Shown: positions 41,739-54,387, counted from the stretch's first letter. The stretch is 57,600 nt of DNA from Planctomycetota bacterium (GCA_022072415.1 JAJVHW010000041.1:1-57600); one strand, 5' to 3'. The notes: a model not told the origin generated them from the sequence alone. A program made the numbers and translations.

Positions 41739-42428
41739 TCACGCGATCTCGATCTGGATGCCCGGAGACATCGTGGAGGAGACGGTCACCCGGCGGACGT
41801 ACTCGCCCTTGGACGTCGAGGGCTTGGCGGCCCTCACGCTGTCCACGAAGGCGCGGATGTTGTCCGCGAGCTTGTCCGCGGCGAAGCTGGACTTGCCGAC
41901 GGGGCCGGCCACGTTGGCGCCGGCGTCCACGCGGAACTCCACCTTGCCGCCCTTGTAGGCCTTGACGGCCAGGACGACGTCGTCGGTCACGGTGCCGGCC
42001 TTGGGCGACGGCATCTTGCCCTGCGGACCGAGCACCTTGCCGAGCTTGCCGACGTGGCGCATCATGCCGGGCACGGCCACGGCGACGTCGAAGTCGGTCC
42101 ACCCTGCGGCGACCTTCTCGACGAGCTCGGGCCCGCCCACGTGGTCGGCCCCGGCGGCCTGCGCCTCCTTGGCCTTCTCGCCCTCGGCGAAGACGAGCAC
42201 GGTGCGCGCCTTGCCGCCCAGCCCGTGGGGGAGCACGACGCTCCCGCGCACCTGCTGGTCACCGCGGCGCGGATCGACGCCGATCCGCATGGCGACTTCG
42301 ACGGTCTCGTCGAACTTCGCTGCCGCGTTCTTCTTGAGGATCGCCACGGCGTCCGCGAGCGCGTACCGCTTGGTGCGGTCCACGCGTTCCGCGGCGGCGC
42401 GGTACCTCTTGGAACGTCTCTTCGCCAT
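41739..42428 (-). CDS. rplA: 50S ribosomal protein L1
   Basis: [36 protein letters not shown]. Confidence 0.98.
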   Translation of the reverse strand: MAKRRSKRYRAAAERVDRTKRYALADAVAILKKNAAAKFDETVEVAMRIGVDPRRGDQQVRGSVVLPHGLGGKARTVLVFAEGEKAKEAQAAGADHVGGPELVEKVAAGWTDFDVAVAVPGMMRHVGKLGKVLGPQGKMPSPKAGTVTDDVVLAVKAYKGGKVEFRVDAGANVAGPVGKSSFAADKLADNIRAFVDSVRAAKPSTSKGEYVRRVTVSSTMSPGIQIEIA

Positions 42429-42515
42429 TCTCCTCCTTCGCTCCCCGGGTCTCCGCGGCGTGCGGTCCCGGGTGCATGCGCGAACGGGTCCGGCCCGTCC
42501 CGTGGTTCCCGCGGC

Positions 42516-42941
42516 TTACTCGACCGCGATCCCGCACGAGCGCGCCGTGCCCTCCACCATCCTGCACGCCGCGTCCATCGACGCGGCGCCCAGGTCGGCC
42601 ATCTTCATCTTCGCGATCTCCTCGACCTGCTTCCGGGAGACCTTCCCCGCCTTCTCGCGCCCCGGCGTCGCGGCGCCCTTGGCGAGCTGCGCGGCGCGCT
42701 TGAGAAGCACGGAAGCGGGGGGCGACTTCATGATGAAGTCGAACGACTTGTCCTTGTAGACCGTGATGATCACGGGCAGCACGAGGCCCGGCTGGTCCTT
42801 CGTCCGGTCGTTGAACTGCTTGACGAAGGCGCCGATGTTGACGCCGTGCTGGCCGAGGGCGGGGCCCACGGGCGGGGCCGGCGTGCACTGCGCGCCGGGG
42901 ACCTGCAGCTTGATCTTCGCGGTGATTTCCTTCTTCGCCAT
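42516..42941 (-). CDS. rplK: 50S ribosomal protein L11
   Basis: [26 protein letters not shown]. Confidence 0.98.
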   Translation of the reverse strand: MAKKEITAKIKLQVPGAQCTPAPPVGPALGQHGVNIGAFVKQFNDRTKDQPGLVLPVIITVYKDKSFDFIMKSPPASVLLKRAAQLAKGAATPGREKAGKVSRKQVEEIAKMKMADLGAASMDAACRMVEGTARSCGIAVE

Positions 42942-42975
42942 GTGCGTCCTTCTCCCCGCCTGCGGGGGCGCGGGG

Positions 42976-43506
42976 TCAGACCGACTCGACCTGCCAGTAC
43001 TCGAGCTCCACCGGCGTCGGGCGCCCGAAGATCGTCACGACGACCTTCACGAGCCCCTTCTCCGGGATGACCGCGTCCACGATGCCTTCGAAGCTCTCGA
43101 ACGGGCCTTCCTTGATCTTGACGGACTCGCCCTTCTGGAACTCGATCTTGACCTTGGGCTTCTCCTGCGTGGCCTTCATCTCGCCGAGGAGCTTCTCGAC
43201 GTCGCCGGGCTCCATCGGAGCCGGGCGCCCGTGGGCGCCGACGAAGTCCCCGATGCCGCCGGTCTCGCGGATCAGGAACCAGACGTCGTCCGTGAGGTCC
43301 ATTTGCACGAGCAGGTAGCCCGGGTAGATCTTCCTGCGGTAGTTGCGCTTCTTGCCGTTCTTGATCTCGGAGACGACCTCCGTGGGCACGAGGGCCTTCG
43401 GGAGGGAGGCTTCGAGGTTGGCGGCGCGGACGCGCTTCTGGAGGTTCTCGCAGATGCGGTCCTCGCGGCCGCTCTGCACTCTCAGCACGTACCAGTTGAG
43501 CCCCAT
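42976..43506 (-). CDS. nusG: Transcription termination/antitermination factor NusG
   Basis: [38 protein letters not shown]. Confidence 0.98.
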   Translation of the reverse strand: MGLNWYVLRVQSGREDRICENLQKRVRAANLEASLPKALVPTEVVSEIKNGKKRNYRRKIYPGYLLVQMDLTDDVWFLIRETGGIGDFVGAHGRPAPMEPGDVEKLLGEMKATQEKPKVKIEFQKGESVKIKEGPFESFEGIVDAVIPEKGLVKVVVTIFGRPTPVELEYWQVESV

Positions 43507-43510
43507 GGCG

Positions 43511-43990
43511 TCAGCTCCCGCTCGCGACGGGCATGAGCTTGATCATGCCCTTGATGACGATGTCGTAGACGAGCACCAGCACGACGACGAGCGCCGTGAA
43601 GCCGCTCACCACGAGCGTGCTCTGCCATGCGTCGGGGAACGACGGCCAGCTCACCTTGTGGAGCTCGGTCTCCATGTCCACGAGGCGGTCGGCGACGGAC
43701 GGCCGGTTGCAGAGCCAGAGCCACCAGACGGAACCGCCGAGGGCGACCGCCGCGGCCAGGGTGAGCGCCGGGGAGACCTTCATGGTGTCGAGCACCACGA
43801 GGTCCACGGTCCACGCGTCGGACGGGCGGGCGTCGGCAAGGATCTCGTTCCAGGCGAGGCCGAGCTTCCCCCAGATGTCCGGAAGGTGCAGGGCCATGCT
43901 GCGCGCGGCCCAAAGGGCGAAGAAGACCCCGGCGAGGACGGTGAGCGTCCGCGAGATCTTCCCCTGCCCGGGCTTGTAGGCCGTGAACAC
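43511..43990 (-). CDS. secE: Preprotein translocase subunit SecE (3-TM form)
   Basis: ELHKVSWPS core, N-terminal YKPGQG; between tRNA-Trp and nusG; GTG start at 43990 inferred. Confidence 0.9.
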   Translation of the reverse strand: MFTAYKPGQGKISRTLTVLAGVFFALWAARSMALHLPDIWGKLGLAWNEILADARPSDAWTVDLVVLDTMKVSPALTLAAAVALGGSVWWLWLCNRPSVADRLVDMETELHKVSWPSFPDAWQSTLVVSGFTALVVVLVLVYDIVIKGMIKLMPVASGS

Positions 43991-44159
43991 CTGAGTTCCG
44001 CTCCGTCCGTCGTATCCGCTGCGCCACCGCGGCGCCGCGACGTCTCTTCCGTGCCGGGCCGCCCGCGCCTCGCGCGTCCGGCTCCCGCGTCGTCTTCCGC
44101 GTCTTCCGGCGCCCGCCGCCGTCACCCGCCGCGGGCGCGGCGGCGACGGGAGGCGCCGG

Positions 44160-44232
44160 CAGGACGCGAGGGACTCGAACCCCCAACCACTCGATTTGGA
44201 ATCGAGAGCTCTACCAATTGAGCTAGCGTCCT
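44160..44232 (-). tRNA. tRNA-Trp (CCA)
   Basis: Cloverleaf; anticodon arm CTCGA-TTCCAAA-TCGAG; T-loop GTTCGAG; 3' CCA not encoded (reads CCG). Confidence 0.96.
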
Positions 44233-44266
44233 CCGGCCGCTTCCGCCGCGCCGCGAGGGCGCGGCG

Positions 44267-44428
44267 TCAGATGCGCTTCTCCTTGTGCACGGTGTGCTTG
44301 CGGAGCGACGCGCAGTACTTCTTCAGCTCCAGCTTCTTGTCCTTCGAGCGCCGCTGGACGAGGTAGTTGGCGTCACCGGACTCGGTGCACACCAGCATCA
44401 CCCACTCGCGGTTCTGGGACTTGGCCAT
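44267..44428 (-). CDS. rpmG: 50S ribosomal protein L33
   Basis: Hand translation [22 protein letters not shown]...[22 protein letters not shown]; absent from the ORF track. Confidence 0.95.
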   Translation of the reverse strand: MAKSQNREWVMLVCTESGDANYLVQRRSKDKKLELKKYCASLRKHTVHKEKRI

Positions 44429-44503
44429 GGCTCGACTGCTCCGTTCGCTCTCGGTCCGCCGCGCGCCGCGCGGATCTCTCCGCGCGGCGCATCCGGCGTC
44501 TGG

Positions 44504-45706
<1,203 letters not shown>

Positions 45707-45887
45707 GTGCGCGTCTCCGTCTCTCGAGCGGCCTCCGGCACCGTGCCGGCCTCCGCGTCGCCTGTGGGATGATCCGTATGTCCGATGTCGTCCGGCCCCG
45801 CCGTGCGTCCTTCGACGTCACGTCCGGCCCCGCCGCACCCGTTCCTCCCGACGACTTCCGGTCCACGTCAGCGGCCTGCCTCCGGTC

Positions 45888-45962
45888 TGGAGCTGCCGAC
45901 GGGGATCGAACCCGTGGCCTCCTCCTTACCAAGGAGGTGCTCTACCACTGAGCTACGGCAGC
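45888..45962 (-). tRNA. tRNA-Thr (GGT)
   Basis: Cloverleaf; CCTCC-TTGGTAA-GGAGG; ends in CCA. Confidence 0.97.
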
Positions 45963-46237
45963 GATGACCTCGGGTGCGGCGCTCGGTGCCCGCGCGCCGC
46001 GGTCTCCCGCGGTGCGCCCGGCGTCCGAGGGACGCATTCCGGTGCGACGTCTGCCGACGTGACGGTCGGGAACTGGTGCCGCGCGGCCGCGGCGATGCCG
46101 GTCTCCTCTGATCCTGTGCAGCCTTCCGGGCGCGAAACGCTCGCGCACGGCTCTCGCACGGCCTTCGCACCCCGCGGCGCGGCTCTCGGGCTTCGGAGCC
46201 TCCGACCCGCTTGCGGGATCCGCCTCCCCCGCCGCGC

Positions 46238-46311
46238 TGGAGCGGGCGAAGGGAATCGAACCCTCGTAAGCAGCTTGGAAGGCTGCCGCTCTACCATTGA
46301 GCTACGCCCGC
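46238..46311 (-). tRNA. tRNA-Gly (TCC)
   Basis: Cloverleaf; GCAGC-CTTCCAA-GCTGC; ends in CCA. Confidence 0.97.
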
Positions 46312-46361
46312 CCGTCGCGCAGCGACCGCCTCCGCGATCCTCCCGGCGGGGCCGGGACGGA

Positions 46362-46442
46362 TGGTCGGGGACGGACGTCGAGCGCCGGATGGGGTGCGAA
46401 ACCACGAGTCTGCCGGGGGCGTCCCTCCCCGACCACATTTTT
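46362..46442. repeat. Long imperfect inverted repeat / hairpin, followed by T5 on + strand
   Basis: TGGTCGGGGACGGACG ... CGTCCCTCCCCGACCA (15 of 16 pairs) enclosing a further CCGG/CCGG stem. Confidence 0.7.
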
Positions 46443-46515
46443 CGTGCCGCGGGGTGCCGGGCGGGCTCCTGCCGGACTTGCAGCGGAGGCTCCGGGGCCG
46501 TCTCATCGGGTCCCG

Positions 46516-46728
46516 ATGACCGACGACCCGATTCCGTCCCCCCGCGACCGAGCCTCGCTGGAACCGCCGATGACGGAGGTCCGCGTCGAGGTGGCCCACA
46601 CGGACTACCCGAGCGAGGTGACGTGCAGGCAGTGCGGCCTGCTCATGCTCCCCGACGATCCGTCGGGCCGGTCATGGAGCTGCTACGCCTGCCTCCGGCG
46701 CGTGGTCGTGGCCCTGTCCCCGGCCTGA
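46516..46728 (+). CDS. Small putative zinc-ribbon protein (70 aa; alternative start 46570, 52 aa)
   Basis: CRQC-x15-CYAC; almost every codon after 46570 ends in G/C; antisense to the tRNA cluster. Confidence 0.6.
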   Translation: MTDDPIPSPRDRASLEPPMTEVRVEVAHTDYPSEVTCRQCGLLMLPDDPSGRSWSCYACLRRVVVALSPA

Positions 46729-46882
46729 CGTCGCGGCTGCGGCCGCGCTCCGCGGACGCGAAGTCGTCGCAGCGGCGTGCGGCGGACGCGGATCGCGGTC
46801 GCCGGTTGCCGTCGCAGATCGCCGCCGCGGATCGCCGCCGTCGCGCGCGCTGCCGCGGAGATCCCGGCAGTCCCCGGGGGCG

Positions 46883-46969
46883 TGGTGGGTGGTTGAGGAT
46901 TCGAACCTCAGTAGGCGTGAAGCCGCCAGATTTACAGTCTGGTCCTTTTGGCCGCTCAGGCAACCACCC
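46883..46969 (-). tRNA. tRNA-Tyr (GTA)
   Basis: Cloverleaf with long variable arm; CCAGA-CTGTAAA-TCTGG; ends in CCA. Confidence 0.97.
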
Positions 46970-47054
46970 ACGTCAGGTGCAGGTCACGTCGCTCGCTGGT
47001 GCGTCTCGGTCTCGTACGGCCCGATCTCCGACGACAGGTCCCGGCGCGTCCCGG

Positions 47055-47129
47055 TGGAGCCGACGGAGGGGATCGAACCCTCGACCACCTGTTTACAAAA
47101 CAGGTGCTCTACCGCTGAGCTACGCCGGC
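47055..47129 (-). tRNA. tRNA-Thr (TGT)
   Basis: Cloverleaf; CCTGT-TTTGTAA-ACAGG; ends in CCA. Confidence 0.97.
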
Positions 47130-47187
47130 CCGTGGGGACCGGGAGGCGCGCGATGGTGCGCCACGCTCCCCCGCCGCGCGAAGAAGT

Positions 47188-48339
47188 TCAGCGGGGCCGC
47201 GCGACGCGCGACGCCGCGGCGCGGTGGAGATCGAGATTGCGGCGCGCCTCGTCCATCGAGTCTCCGCCCGACTTCTCGAGCAGCGCGTCGGCGAGCACGA
47301 GCGCGACGGCCGCCTCCGCCACGACCGAAGCCGCGGGGGCCGCGCACACGTCGCTCCGTTCGACCGTCGCCTCGACGGGCTCGCCCGTCGCCGTGTCCAC
47401 GCTGCGGAGCGCGCGGCGGAGCGTCGAGAGGGGTTTCATCGCCGCGCGGACCACGACGACCTCGCCCGTGGTCATGCCGCCCTCGATCCCGCCGGAGCGG
47501 TTGCTCGCGCGGACGACGCCGCCGTCGGCGCCCCGCACGATCTCGTCGTGCACCTCGCTCCCCCGCCGCCTCGCGGCCGCGAACCCGTCGCCGACCTCGA
47601 CGGCCTTCATCGCCTGGATGCGGAGCAGCGCCGCGCCGAGACGCCCATCGAGACGCTCCTCGGCAGTCGCGTAGCCGCCGACGCCCGGCGGCATCCCGGT
47701 CGCGCGCACCTCGACGATCCCGCCGAGCGTGTCCCCCGCCTCGCGGGCCGCGTCCACCTCGGCCGTCATCGCGGGCGTGACCGACGGGTCCGGGCAGAGG
47801 AACGGAGACGCGTCGCGGCGGAGCACGAGTTCGCCGAGGTCGTCGGGGACGTCGGACGCCTCCACGGGGCCGAGGCTCCGCAGGAATCCGGCGAGTTCGA
47901 CACCGAGCGCGCGGAGGACCAGTCGTGCGATCGCGCCGCCCGCCACGCGGGCGGCGGTCTCCCGGGCGCTCGCGCGTTCGAGCACGTCGCGCGCGTCGGC
48001 CGTGCCGTACTTCTGCATCCCGGCGAGGTCGGCGTGGCCCGGGCGCGGCCGCGTCACCGCAGGCAGGCGGTCGATCGAGTCGTCGCGGTTGGCGATGCGG
48101 AGGGCGATCGGGCTGCCGATGGTGCGCCCGAGCCGGACCCCGGAGAGGATCTCGGCCTCGTCGCGCTCGATCGTCATGCGCGCGCCGCGGCCGTAGCCCT
48201 GCTGGCGCCGCGCGAGCATCGCCTGCACCGACGCGAGGGCCGCCTCGTCCATCGGAAGCCCCGCGGGGACGCCCGTCAGGACGGCGACGAGCGCCTTCCC
48301 GTGGGACTCTCCGGCGGTGACGAGGACCAGTCGGGGCAT
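47188..48339 (-). CDS. aroC: Chorismate synthase
   Basis: TAGESHG, RRQQGYGRGARM, PRPGHADL, ERASARETA, GGIEGGMT, ERSDVC. Confidence 0.98.
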   Translation of the reverse strand: MPRLVLVTAGESHGKALVAVLTGVPAGLPMDEAALASVQAMLARRQQGYGRGARMTIERDEAEILSGVRLGRTIGSPIALRIANRDDSIDRLPAVTRPRPGHADLAGMQKYGTADARDVLERASARETAARVAGGAIARLVLRALGVELAGFLRSLGPVEASDVPDDLGELVLRRDASPFLCPDPSVTPAMTAEVDAAREAGDTLGGIVEVRATGMPPGVGGYATAEERLDGRLGAALLRIQAMKAVEVGDGFAAARRRGSEVHDEIVRGADGGVVRASNRSGGIEGGMTTGEVVVVRAAMKPLSTLRRALRSVDTATGEPVEATVERSDVCAAPAASVVAEAAVALVLADALLEKSGGDSMDEARRNLDLHRAAASRVARPR

Positions 48340-48395
48340 GGCCGGAAGCTACCTGCGGGGAACGCCGCGCGCACCGTTCCGGTAGGATCCCCGCG
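48340..48395. promoter_or_regulatory. Divergent pair of -10 elements directly before both ATGs
   Basis: Minus: TAGCTT-6 nt-ATG (aroC); plus: TAGGAT-7 nt-ATG (48396); no SD on either. Confidence 0.55.
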
Positions 48396-49007
48396 ATGCA
48401 GTTCCCGCGCCTCTGGCCCGCGCTCGTCCGGATCGCCGCACCCGCCGCGCTCGCCTGCGCCGGATGTGAAGCCGGCGGGAACATGGTGCGCGCCGCGGCG
48501 CACCCGTTCGCTCCCGAGCCCGCGCCGCCGCGGCCTCCGGTCCGCGTCCTCCACCGCATCGTCGCGAAGCACAGCGGGCTCTTCCTCGGAATCCGCGAAG
48601 CGAGGACCGACGAGGGCGCCGACGCGATCCAGTGGACCGACACGGGGGGACGCGAGGAGATGTTCGAGATCGTCCCCGCGTCCGGAGGCCGCGTTCGGTT
48701 CCGTGCCGCGCACAGCGGGCTCTGGCTGGGCGTGTCCGGCGATCCGTCGGTCCGCGGCGCGCGCGTCGTCCAGCTCGCGGACGACCGCTCGCCCGCCACG
48801 GCGTGGCGCCTCGTCCCCGACGGCGGCGAGTGGTTCCGCGTCGTGTCCGACGCGAGCGAGCAGCACCTCGCCATCGCCCGGGCGAACCGGGGACCCGGCG
48901 AGATCGCGATCCAGTGGACCGACTCCGGCGGCGACGAGCAGCGGTGGCGGTTCTCGCTTGCGCCCGACGGACGTACTGCCGACGGCAGTTCACCAGACAG
49001 CCGTTGA
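48396..49007 (+). CDS. Ricin-type beta-trefoil (RICIN) lectin-domain lipoprotein
   Basis: Lipobox-like LACAGC; three subrepeats (KHSGLFLGI..AIQW; AHSGLWLGV..VVQL..AWRL; ASEQHLAI..AIQW..QRWRF). Confidence 0.8.
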   Translation: MQFPRLWPALVRIAAPAALACAGCEAGGNMVRAAAHPFAPEPAPPRPPVRVLHRIVAKHSGLFLGIREARTDEGADAIQWTDTGGREEMFEIVPASGGRVRFRAAHSGLWLGVSGDPSVRGARVVQLADDRSPATAWRLVPDGGEWFRVVSDASEQHLAIARANRGPGEIAIQWTDSGGDEQRWRFSLAPDGRTADGSSPDSR

Positions 49008-49010
49008 CGT

Positions 49011-50558
49011 CTACGCAGCCGGCGCGGAGCCGGACTTGCCGAGGTCGCGCGTCGTCGCGTCCTGTCCGTCGAAGGACCAGCGCACGCGTCGCCCGCCGTT
49101 CGCGTCGAGTGCGATCGTGTCCACGTGGACGGGACGGGACCAGAGGCGGTGCAGCGCCCGGAGCGTCTGCTTCGCGAAGTCCTCGCGGATCGGCGTGCCC
49201 TCGAAGAGGTGGACGAGCAGGAGCTCGCCGCGGTTCTCGTGGTTCGCGTCCGCCACGTCGATCACCGGCTGCCCCCCGTTCGCGAGGTCGGCGAGGAGGC
49301 GCTTCTTCACCGGGACGGGGTCGCGGTCGAGGATCACCGGCTGGCCGGTGCGGGGGTCGCGGCCCCAGGTGTAGAGCTGGAGCTCGTCCATCAGGTCCGG
49401 CGTGAGGTACTGGTCCACGAGCATCGAGTCGTCGCACGCGCGGCGCACCTCGAGGCACTTCTGCCAGCCGCGGCGGGACCCGTCGTCGAAGCGCCGGCGC
49501 TCGGCCGGGTCGGCGATCCCGCGCCACGCGCGGCCGTGCGCCCCGCGGTCCCAGCGGTCCTCGATGTCGCGGAAGATCGCCAGGCCGACCGCGTACGGAT
49601 TGAAGCCGCCGGGCGGCATCGCCATGGTGCCGGAGTGGCGGTCCGCGTACTCGACGAACTCGCCCTGGTCGAGGAGGTGCCGCGTCATGAGGCGGCTGTG
49701 GATGAACGACGCCCAGCCCTCGTTCGCGATCTTCGTCATGGCCTGCGGCGCGAAGTAGAGCGCCTCCTCGCGGACGATGTCGAGGCAGTCGGCCTGCCAG
49801 TCCTCGAGCGGCGCGCGGCGGAGCAGGAACCCGAGCACGTCGCGCACCGGCTCCGGCGGATCGCGGCGCGACTTCGCGAGCTTCTCCGCGGCGAGCTTCC
49901 GCTCCCGGTCCATCTCCCCCTTCGGGTTGAGGTACGGGTCCATGTAGGCGTGGCGGGCCTCGATCTTCCGCACGCGGGACTCCGCGATCCGCTCGTCGGA
50001 CATGCGCGCCTCGCCGTCGTCGGCGGGAGGCGCCTCGCGGCGCACCCAGAGCGCCATCGGGTCGATCAGGTTCTCGAGGGAGAGGCACGCGTCGAGGAAC
50101 TCCTCCACGCGCTCGGGTCCGAAGCGGTCCACGTGGCGGCGCACGCGGGTCGCGTGGTTCGCCATCGTGTCGATCATGCGGCGGTCGGTCGGCGCGAAGC
50201 GCAGGTTGTTCCGGAAGAAGTCCGCGTGGCCGTAGACGTGCGCCATGACGAGCTTCTGCTCCATGCGGGTGTTGGTCCGCATGAGGTAGGCGTAGCAGGG
50301 GTCGTTGTTGACGACGAGCTCGTAGATCCGCGAGAGCCCGTACTCGTGGGTCTTCTGGAGGTGCTGGAAGGTCATCCCGAACCGCCAGTGCGGGTAGCGG
50401 ACGGGGAAGCCGCCGTACGCGGCGACCATGTTGAGCTCGTCCGGATCCACGAGCTCGAAGCAGACCTGCGGCGGGTCGAGCCCGAGCGAACGCGCGGCGC
50501 GCTCGGCGCGTTCGGCGAGGTCCTGGAGGTCCGGCGGCAGCGAACGGGGCGCGTTCAC
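49011..50558 (-). CDS. spoVR: SpoVR/YcgB family protein
   Basis: GGFPVRYPHWRFG, IYELVVNNDPCYAYL, AHVYGHADFF, TKIANEGWAS, NPY; GTG overlaps upstream stop. Confidence 0.93.
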   Translation of the reverse strand: MNAPRSLPPDLQDLAERAERAARSLGLDPPQVCFELVDPDELNMVAAYGGFPVRYPHWRFGMTFQHLQKTHEYGLSRIYELVVNNDPCYAYLMRTNTRMEQKLVMAHVYGHADFFRNNLRFAPTDRRMIDTMANHATRVRRHVDRFGPERVEEFLDACLSLENLIDPMALWVRREAPPADDGEARMSDERIAESRVRKIEARHAYMDPYLNPKGEMDRERKLAAEKLAKSRRDPPEPVRDVLGFLLRRAPLEDWQADCLDIVREEALYFAPQAMTKIANEGWASFIHSRLMTRHLLDQGEFVEYADRHSGTMAMPPGGFNPYAVGLAIFRDIEDRWDRGAHGRAWRGIADPAERRRFDDGSRRGWQKCLEVRRACDDSMLVDQYLTPDLMDELQLYTWGRDPRTGQPVILDRDPVPVKKRLLADLANGGQPVIDVADANHENRGELLLVHLFEGTPIREDFAKQTLRALHRLWSRPVHVDTIALDANGGRRVRWSFDGQDATTRDLGKSGSAPAA

Positions 50559-51640
50559 CGGCCCCTCCCGAGGAACTGCCGGATCGCGGGGAGGATGCCG
50601 TCGCGGTCCGCGATCTCCGCGGTGACCAGGTCCTCGCGGTCCGGGAACTTCCGGTCGAGGTCGTGCTTGAACTGGCCGGAGCCGTAGGCGCTCTTCACCT
50701 GCCCGTAGGCGAACTGGTTCACCGCGGGGAGGAGCCGCGACGCGAGGAGGTCCAGGCACTCCTGCGTGTCGCCGCCGCTCCAGTTGTCGCCGTCGCTGAA
50801 GTGGAACGCGTAGACGTTCCAGCGGTCCCGCGGATGGTCGCGCTCGCACATGTCCATGCAGAGCCGGTAGGCGCTGCTGATCTTCGTGCCGCCGGATTCC
50901 TTCAGGTGGAAGAACTGCTCGCGGTCCACCTCGCGCGCCTCCGCGTCGTGCACGACGTACCGCACGGCGACGTTCCGGTACTGCGAGCGGATCCAGGTGT
51001 CGAGCCAGAACGCCGTGTGGCGGACGACCTCCTTCTGCTCCGCGCCCATGGACCCGGAGACGTCCATCATGTAGACGATCGCGGCCGACGACTCGGGGAG
51101 CGGCGTCACCTCGAAGCTGCGGAAGCGTTCGTCCTCCGGGAGCGGGACGACGATGGGGCGGCGCGCGTCGTAGCTCCCGTCGAGGATCTGCCTCCGGAGC
51201 GCGGTGCGGAACGTGCGCTTGAAGTGGCGGAGGCTCCGCGGGCCCGTGCGGCGGATCGAACGGTAGCGGAGCATGTCCGCCTCGATCTTCCGCGTGCCGC
51301 GGGGCTCGATGCGCGGGAGCGAGAGCTCCTCGCCGAGGATCCGCGCGAGGTCCTCGAGCGTGACCTCCGCCTCCATCTCGTGCTCGCCCGCCGATTCGCC
51401 GGCCTCGCCCTGCGCGGGCTCTCCGGGCCGGCCGGGGCCCTGCCCGACGCCGCCGTCGCGCCCGTCCTTCGAGCCGAAGCGGAAGCGCGGGAGCTCGACC
51501 TGCGGGAGCGGCACGCGCACCGTCTTCGCGCCCTCGCGTGCGAGGAGGTCGCCCTTGCGCACGAACTCGCGCAGGTTCCTCCGCACGTGGCCCTCCACGA
51601 TCGCGCGGAACCTCCCGAGGTCGCGGTCCACCCTGCGCAC
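50555..51640 (-). CDS. yeaH: YeaH/YhbH (DUF444) family vWA-like protein
   Basis: MMDVSGSM, ESGGTKISSAY, FHFSDGDNW; between prkA and spoVR. Confidence 0.92.
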   Translation of the reverse strand: MRRVDRDLGRFRAIVEGHVRRNLREFVRKGDLLAREGAKTVRVPLPQVELPRFRFGSKDGRDGGVGQGPGRPGEPAQGEAGESAGEHEMEAEVTLEDLARILGEELSLPRIEPRGTRKIEADMLRYRSIRRTGPRSLRHFKRTFRTALRRQILDGSYDARRPIVVPLPEDERFRSFEVTPLPESSAAIVYMMDVSGSMGAEQKEVVRHTAFWLDTWIRSQYRNVAVRYVVHDAEAREVDREQFFHLKESGGTKISSAYRLCMDMCERDHPRDRWNVYAFHFSDGDNWSGGDTQECLDLLASRLLPAVNQFAYGQVKSAYGSGQFKHDLDRKFPDREDLVTAEIADRDGILPAIRQFLGRGR

Positions 51641-51649
51641 GGGGTCACC

Positions 51650-53725
<2,076 letters not shown>

Positions 53726-53922
53726 GGTCCACCTCCCGCACGGGGCGGGGCCGCAGGGTGCGGCGCCCGACCGCGTCGCGGATGTCAGTCGTGTCCCCGG
53801 AGAGAACGCGCCTTGTCAGCCGGCTCGGCCGGGATTCCGGCCGGACCTCCGTCCCGTCCGCTCCGGGGCGGACGAGGCGGGTCCGGGCCGGCGCCGCTCG
53901 CGCGGTGCCGCCCGGGGTGAGG

Positions 53923-54387
53923 CTACCGCACCGGAGCCTCTTCCCGTCCGGGTGTCGGACGGTCGGAAGCGTCGGCGCGGCACGGGTCCCCATGCGAAGC
54001 GCGGGCCGGACCGGGGGTGTCCGGGAGGCCGGCGATCCGGCGCGCCGCAGCCTCGGCGAGCACGGCCCCCACGAGCGCGCCCAGGGCGTCGGCGAACGCG
54101 TCCGCCGCCTCCGGCGACCGCCCCGGCGTGAAGGACTGGTGGACCTCGTCGAGGACACCCCATGCCGCGCAGAGGACGGCCGCCGCCGACCACGCCGACG
54201 GTCGCCGCATCCCACCGAGCGCGAGCCGCGCGGCGGCGCCCCCCGCGGCGTAGAGGAGGAAGTGGACCGCCTTGTCCGCGTCCGCGAACGGAAGCTCGAT
54301 CCCGCCGGCGGGGTCGGACTCGGAGGACTGCCACCACGTGAGGGCGAGCCAGAGCGCGAACGGCGCGGCGCGGAGGATCCGGTTCAC
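53923..54387 (-). CDS. VanZ family membrane protein
   Basis: DKAVHFLLY, DEVHQSFTPGR, DAFADALG; GTG overlaps upstream stop. Confidence 0.88.
   Translation of the reverse strand: MNRILRAAPFALWLALTWWQSSESDPAGGIELPFADADKAVHFLLYAAGGAAARLALGGMRRPSAWSAAAVLCAAWGVLDEVHQSFTPGRSPEAADAFADALGALVGAVLAEAAARRIAGLPDTPGPARASHGDPCRADASDRPTPGREEAPVR

Noticed and set aside
45963-46237. ORFs in the tRNA-Gly/tRNA-Thr spacer
   Set aside because: They overlap tRNAs and are low-complexity Arg/Pro/Ala; no SD or codon bias
46362-46435. Extra tRNA(-Pro) or SRP RNA
   Set aside because: No GTTCRA T-loop or D-arm, and no SRP domain IV CAGG..GNAA..AGCA motif
46312-46882. Integrated mobile element at the tRNA cluster
   Set aside because: No integrase/transposase and no duplicated tRNA 3' end (att site) seen
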